Shown: piece by piece, positions 28,001-32,000 of the stretch | Numbering within the stretch: position 1 is the stretch's first letter | How the letters are laid out: each line of letters starts with the position of its first letter | NCBI RefSeq assembly: GCF_000020025.1 | Contig: NC_010628.1 | Location: 8,130,001-8,162,000 of the forward strand | Length of the DNA: 32,000 nucleotides | Reading direction: 5' to 3' | Source of the DNA: Nostoc punctiforme PCC 73102 | Lineage (GTDB): Bacteria > Cyanobacteriota > Cyanobacteriia > Cyanobacteriales > Nostocaceae | Position numbers and translations under genes: made by a program | The notes under the pieces: generated by a model | What the model was told of the DNA's origin: nothing | Databases searched by the model: none | What the model saw: only the letters and a program-made list of their open reading frames with translations

Positions 28001-28305
28001 ATTTGCCGAGAAGCAACAATGCAGAGTGTATTGCCATCGGTGCTAAAAGTTGTTCGGAGTGCTTCATGACGTTGTACTAACTTTTCCACCGCAGACTGGA
28101 AAACTTTGACATCAAGTTCGCCTTTTAGCCGCAAAGATTGGGACTCGTTGTAAGCACAATTGGCAGCATCCCCCATTTGTACAGAAGCCCAGATTTCTTT
28201 TTGTGATTCTGTGGCAGGGGCGGTTAGAAGTAATTCTCCATCTGCAAATGGATCAAAATCAACCGCAGTTAAACTGGATTGGTAATCTACAGGTAATAAG
28301 CTCAT
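25024..28305 (-). CDS. NRPS elongation module C-A-T with acidic C-terminal docking tail
   Basis: The C motif is HHIICDGWS. A motifs are all canonical (LTYRELN, LKAGGAYVPLDP, YTSGSTGQPKGV, FDASTFEIW, NGYGPTE, GELYIGGDGLAREY, YKSGDL, GRIDNQVKVSGFRIELGEIE, LPEYMVP, NGKVDR). The T motif is FFELGGYSL. The stop codon overlaps the next ATG (ATGA at 25024-25027). Confidence 0.92.
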   Translation of the reverse strand: MSLLPVDYQSSLTAVDFDPFADGELLLTAPATESQKEIWASVQMGDAANCAYNESQSLRLKGELDVKVFQSAVEKLVQRHEALRTTFSTDGNTLCIVASRQIEIPIIDLSSSEPQEQQEKLASILRQEVEQPFDLEHGPLFRAKIVKLQAQEHLATLTAHHIICDGWSWAVLMPDLGKLYSGLQQGIVPELEEPDNLSEYAILQEEEADSPEAIATEKYWLEQFADSLPVLDFPSDRPRPPLRTFNAAREDWHLSPELVANLKQLGTKLGCSFMTTLLGGFEVWLHRLTGQNDLVVGIPAAGQAALGQYNLVGHCVNLLPLRSQINGEQSFSDYLRSRRSAVLDAYDHQQFTFGSLVKKLVLPRDSSRIPLVPITFNIDQGLDSDKLPFTGLEVEFFSNPRSFENFELFINATELHGQMTLECQYNTNLFDADTIRHRMTEFETLLLGIVANPNQSIAKLPILPAVEQQLLATWNQTQTDYPQHKCIHQLFEEQVERTPDAVALVFQEQQLTYRELNIRANQLAQYLQTLGVGADVLVGICVDRSLEMVVGVLGILKAGGAYVPLDPGYPQERLAFMLSDTQIKLLLTQKQLIDKLPTHTAKVICLDTDWDTINQTTPENLISNVKTDNLAYVMYTSGSTGQPKGVSVIHQGVVRLVKETDYVSLTTKEVFLQISPISFDASTFEIWGCLLNGGKLIIFPPHTPSLDELGQFIQQYQVTTLWLTAGLFHLIVDEKIDALKPLRQLLAGGDVLSVTHVQKFLNTVENCRLINGYGPTESTTFTCCYDIKAPLKPGASIPIGRPIANTQVYILDSHLQPVPIGITGELYIGGDGLAREYFNRPDLTAERFIANPFSPDSQSRLYKSGDLARYLPDGKIEYLGRIDNQVKVSGFRIELGEIEIALLQYPAVKEAVVIVREDAPGEKVLVGYFVAETGQDSPQIISELRRFLKQQLPEYMVPKIFMALEALPLNANGKVDRRALPKPDSLRPELEANYVAPRTPIEQQIADIWTQVLNVRQVGIYDNFFELGGYSLLGIQVVSRLRQALQVEILMSNLFELPTVADLAERVETLRWATQGVQAADSETADDYEEGEL

Positions 28306-28378
28306 AAAATTCTATTATTTTCTCAGTTTATTCAAACTAAAATTTAATTTTTTCTTAGCAAAGTATTGGCATTTAAAT

Positions 28379-29530
28379 TCATTGTTTAGCCAAGATTGTA
28401 GACTTTAAATAATTACGCATTGGAACCTCTACAAATCTATATGTCAATGATGCGGACAATATGATAATCATAAGAAATACTCCAAGAGATGTCAAGGCTT
28501 CATATTCTGTGAATCCTTTACCAAAAGCGTGGTGAAATTTATAAATCCACAATGTTTTTAACAATTCTTGAACAAACCAATGAACCATGTAAATTGAGTA
28601 AGATATAGTCCCTAAATACAGCATCAACCGTGAATTTAAAAAATTTGATATTAGACTATTATTGTTGATGGATACAGCTAAAATTAAGAGCGAAAAAACT
28701 GGCAAAATTAGCCAATCATGAAGACTACGCCAATAATTCCAGTAGGAATTCATAATCAAAATTATCCAAGTTATAGCTATAATTGCTAGTAAATTAAGAT
28801 TAAAATAATTTCTATAATTACCTCTGCGATAGACTTTATAAGTTATGATACCGAGTATGCACTCTAGCCCGCATCTAGCTATGGAAGGTATGCCAATAAT
28901 ACTATCTAGATTTCCACGGGTAAAGGCAATTAGTAGTAATATACTGAAGAGAGCAAAAACATAAACTTTAAGATCATTTATCTTATTGTTTCGTAATAAT
29001 AGAAATAACAGAAATGGAAATATGCAATAAATAACAAACTCTACACTAATTGACCAAGCTGGCTCATTCCAATAAGTATCGCACCAAAATAAAGGTGGGC
29101 AATTTAAGTCGAATGCTTGGAGAAGGAAAATATTAGCAAAAAGGGCAGTTAAATTAAACTTACCAGTAAAGGCAGAATTATTGAGTAAAAATAATTTTAA
29201 AATTTCTAATCCGATCAATAGAGAGATAATAAATATATGTAGAGGATAGATCCTGGCAAAACGCGACAATAAATATGAACGATATTTAGATGGATTAACT
29301 TTTAATGAAAAATCTTCAATATAAACGTGGGTCATGATAAAACCACTCAGAATGAAGAAAAAATCAACCCACAAATATCCATTACGAAAAAAATTGCTAT
29401 ATGCTGATAAATTTGAACCAGTTTTAGGTAAAGTATAATACGAGAAATGATGTACAACAACAACCAAAGCTGCAATACCGCGCAGAGCAGTGAGCGAATT
29501 GATTTGGTTATACATTGATATTTTTGGCAT
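28379..29530 (-). CDS. acyltransferase family 3 (OafA/YrhL-like) integral membrane acyltransferase
   Basis: N-terminal LTALRGIAALVVVVHHF motif and about 10 predicted hydrophobic helices. The 383 aa length is typical of the family. The sequence is visibly more AT-rich than its neighbours. Confidence 0.85.
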   Translation of the reverse strand: MPKISMYNQINSLTALRGIAALVVVVHHFSYYTLPKTGSNLSAYSNFFRNGYLWVDFFFILSGFIMTHVYIEDFSLKVNPSKYRSYLLSRFARIYPLHIFIISLLIGLEILKLFLLNNSAFTGKFNLTALFANIFLLQAFDLNCPPLFWCDTYWNEPAWSISVEFVIYCIFPFLLFLLLRNNKINDLKVYVFALFSILLLIAFTRGNLDSIIGIPSIARCGLECILGIITYKVYRRGNYRNYFNLNLLAIIAITWIILIMNSYWNYWRSLHDWLILPVFSLLILAVSINNNSLISNFLNSRLMLYLGTISYSIYMVHWFVQELLKTLWIYKFHHAFGKGFTEYEALTSLGVFLMIIILSASLTYRFVEVPMRNYLKSTILAKQ

Positions 29531-29774
29531 TGAATTATCTCAAGAATATAAACAGTTAGATATTTTTAGGATAATCTTGATGGTTTGATGGGCTTTTTGA
29601 AATACAATTATGCTAAATATTGTTCACCAGATTATAGTTTTGGTAGGCATTGCCCACGCTATTTATAAAAATCATTTTGCTATATCAAATCTGTCAAAAG
29701 TTTAGCTTTTAATTTCTACTACGATCTGGCTAGGACTCAATACTGCTCGGTTAAGCCTAAAAAATAACTCCAAT

Positions 29775-29848
29775 GTAGGTTGGATTGAGGAACGAAACCC
29801 AACATTTTCAGGGTTTTGTTGGGTTTCACTCCGTCCAACCCAACCTAC
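29775..29848. repeat. long imperfect inverted repeat (MITE-like hairpin)
   Basis: GTAGGTTGGATTGAGGAACGAAACCCAACA (29775-29804) faces TGTTGGGTTTCACTCCGTCCAACCCAACCTAC (29817-29848). An outer pair, CAATACTGC (about 29738) and GCAGTATTG (29866), each lies next to a TAGGACT. Confidence 0.5.
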
Positions 29849-30055
29849 AAATTTTTAAAACCTACGCAGTATTGGGTTAGGACTTACTTTAACCAGGTTT
29901 AAGTAGATTATCAGCTAACATAAAAAGACCTAATCGATGAGTATTTACTATTTGCAAACCCAGTTATTTTTTGGTGTTGCTGAATTGGAGTAGGAATTGA
30001 CATATTTTGATATGGCTTCATACTTTCAATCAGCAACGCCAATTTTTTAAAGTAC

Positions 30056-32000
30056 TCAGGAAACACTTGCAACTTGTAAATACTTCCCAGGTCGCTCGGT
30101 ATCGGGGATATACCAGGCGGGGTTGCCTTGAGGATCTCGTCCTAATTTGGCATTAGGTTGCGGAGGACGATTACGTAGGCTGTTATTGGTAACTTCGCTG
30201 TTTGTTACTTCTATGGGCGGTGCAGACAAAAATCCAGCAGACTGCATTTCGGCAATACTTTCTTTAAAGGCTGCCATTACAAAAGCTAGATCGGCTTCGG
30301 AATGAGCTGTTGTCAAAAAGCAAGGACGGTGATCCCAAGTATGCACTCCCTTATCCCGCAGTAAATAAAATAGTAAGTCTCCATAAGGAAACTCTGGTGC
30401 AGATTTCACAATAAACAGGGAGCCGAAGTTATAAGCTGTAAACGGAGCCTGAACTTTCTGGAAATAGCCCATAAGTTCCGCTACAAACTTATCAGTTCTG
30501 GCATTGAGATTTTGCTGCAAGCTGGGGCCACTCTGTTTTAAATGTTGAAGTACTGCTTTGGCGGCTGCTAGTGCTAAAGGATGACGGACAAAAGTGCCGG
30601 CAAAGTAAGTCACGCCAACTTCTGGAACTGAGTCATCCCCAAACTGCCAAAATCCACCATCTAAAGCATCCATATATTGCGATTTTCCAGCAATGACTCC
30701 AATCGGTAGTCCACCGCCCACAATCTTGCCGTAGGTTGCTATATCAGCTTTGATACCAAAATGTGCCTGAGCGCCACCTGGATGAATTCTAAATCCGGTA
30801 ACGATTTCATCAAAAATTAGAGCAATACCAGCTTCTTCCGTGAAATCACGCAATTGCTGAAGGAATTCCTTGGGCTGGTATTCAGGGCGACGGCTTTGCA
30901 CAGATTCAACCATCACTGCTGCTAACTCATCAGCCCGGCTTCTAAGGATTTCTAGAGACTCAGGTGAATCGTAGTCCACCACCAAAATGTTCTCTACCAT
31001 TTCCGGTGGAATACCGGGAGCAGCAGGAATTGACCGGAGTTTTTTTGTCCCCCGAACAATTACTTCATCCAAAATACCGTGATAAGCTCCAGAAAAGATG
31101 GCGATTAAGTTACGCCCTGTGATGGTGCGTGCCATCCGCATCGCCCCCAAAACCGCTTCCGAACCTGTATTGCAAAAGGCTGCTCGGTCAAAGTTGGTCA
31201 ACTCACACATCAGCTTTGCCACTTCTCCAACTAAGGGAGTCTGCGGCCCAATTTCCATGCCTAGTTTCAGTTGCGCTTCAATTGCTTCGGTAATGAAAGG
31301 TGGCGACCAACCAAACAAATTCAAACCAAAGCCATTGCTTAAATCGACATATTCATTGCCATCAAGATCCCAAAGTTTAGAACCCGATGAACGAGACGCT
31401 ACGATGGGATAAACCATCTCTTTCATCGTCGGGTTAAAACCAGAAACAGTTCTTGGATCTGCCAAATAAGGGCGATGAGATTGAGTATATTCTTTGGATT
31501 TTTTAGTCCGTTGTGTGTATCTTTGAATAATTTTGTCTAGATGAGTGCGTTGTTGCGTTGTCAGAGTCTTAGTCTGGGTTTTTTCAATTCGAGCAGCCGC
31601 ACCAAATGCCTTTTTAGCGCCATTTGATTCCGTGTCTACCGATGCAGGTGATTCTTTGCTGGTTTGAGTCGCTGGGATCGATACGGCATTTTGTGGTTTG
31701 ACACCATTATTTTGAGGTGTCGCCGCAGGTACAACTGGGATTGTTACAGCTTGACTGTTGTTACCCAATAGTGACAATTGCTGACTCATGATTTGTAGCT
31801 GCTGATTAATCACATTTTCGAAGAAACTGGATGCAGCAGGTTGGGGAGAAATCTGAGGTGCAGATCCATTTGTATGAACTTCATGCACTACCAAAGTGGG
31901 TGATGTGGTTGCAGGTGCTGGTAATGGTACTTCTGGAATGGGTTCTGCAACGGTTTCTGTTAATCCTAATGCAGATAAAGTCTCAGGAGACAAGGCTGGA
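30056..32000 (-). CDS. C-terminal part of a PKS/hybrid megasynthase ending in a class-III PLP aminotransferase (GSA-aminomutase-like AMT) domain; N-terminus lies beyond the window
   Basis: The frame is open to base 32000. A Pro/Ala/Thr-rich linker is followed by FFENVINQQLQIMSQQL. The AMT core follows (DLDGNEYVDLSNGFG...FCNTGSEAVLGAMRMAR...IFDEIVTGFR) with the PLP lysine in ATYGKIVGGGLPIGV. Confidence 0.85.
   Translation of the reverse strand, partial: PALSPETLSALGLTETVAEPIPEVPLPAPATTSPTLVVHEVHTNGSAPQISPQPAASSFFENVINQQLQIMSQQLSLLGNNSQAVTIPVVPAATPQNNGVKPQNAVSIPATQTSKESPASVDTESNGAKKAFGAAARIEKTQTKTLTTQQRTHLDKIIQRYTQRTKKSKEYTQSHRPYLADPRTVSGFNPTMKEMVYPIVASRSSGSKLWDLDGNEYVDLSNGFGLNLFGWSPPFITEAIEAQLKLGMEIGPQTPLVGEVAKLMCELTNFDRAAFCNTGSEAVLGAMRMARTITGRNLIAIFSGAYHGILDEVIVRGTKKLRSIPAAPGIPPEMVENILVVDYDSPESLEILRSRADELAAVMVESVQSRRPEYQPKEFLQQLRDFTEEAGIALIFDEIVTGFRIHPGGAQAHFGIKADIATYGKIVGGGLPIGVIAGKSQYMDALDGGFWQFGDDSVPEVGVTYFAGTFVRHPLALAAAKAVLQHLKQSGPSLQQNLNARTDKFVAELMGYFQKVQAPFTAYNFGSLFIVKSAPEFPYGDLLFYLLRDKGVHTWDHRPCFLTTAHSEADLAFVMAAFKESIAEMQSAGFLSAPPIEVTNSEVTNNSLRNRPPQPNAKLGRDPQGNPAWYIPDTERPGKYLQVASVS

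Noticed and set aside
25431-28069. Several 60-105 aa plus-strand ORFs inside the NRPS genes (also 22803-22985 and 24508-24699)
   Set aside because: They are antisense to long, motif-rich NRPS frames. They have no recognisable motifs, and ORFs of this length are expected by chance in long genes of this composition.
29990-30048. Inverted repeat GTTGCTGAATTG ... CAATCAGCAAC just after the AMT gene stop, considered as its terminator
   Set aside because: The T-tract (GCCAATTTTTT) follows the stem on the plus strand, not on the coding minus strand, and the loop is about 45 nt. It is not convincing as the terminator of the minus-strand gene, which is probably co-transcribed with downstream genes.

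Overview
This 32 kb window looks like chromosome from a filamentous, heterocyst-forming cyanobacterium (Nostoc/Anabaena type). GCGATCGC (HIP1) palindromes are scattered throughout, and heptamer STRR arrays (TCCCCAT/TCCCCAA, ACGAATT, GATTTTA) fill many intergenic gaps. The left half (1-12.4 kb) holds ordinary genes: an HdeD-like membrane protein (5' partial), an SLH-domain GHL10 glycosidase-like protein, a lone efflux adaptor, an SDR, a rubrerythrin-rubredoxin fusion, a zinc-ribbon/PP2C phosphatase, an NfeD-SPFH pair, a Fur-family repressor and purS-purQ. The right half is accessory-like and all on the minus strand. It starts with the tail of a hybrid PKS-NRPS cluster: a PKS ending in an aminotransferase domain, then an AT-rich acyltransferase-3 gene, then a C-A-T NRPS, then a docking-C-A-T-TE NRPS. 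Next come a repeat-built FG-GAP/cadherin-like/DUF4114 protein, an ~0.8 kb AT-rich non-coding gap, and a type I secretion ABC/HlyD pair. Three observations deserve the most attention. (1) The terminal NRPS module keeps intact T and TE motifs, but its C domain reads HCxxxDG and its A domain has a degenerate P-loop, a degenerate A5 motif and a lost A10 lysine. (2) An AT-rich acyltransferase gene and a hairpin repeat sit where AMT and C domains are normally fused. (3) The T1SS ABC protein has a C39-like domain lacking all three catalytic residues and a cNMP-binding-like domain lacking the phosphate-binding Arg, and it sits next to a signal-peptide-less beta-propeller protein that could be its cargo. 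All functional calls come from motif reading of the translations. No database search was possible.
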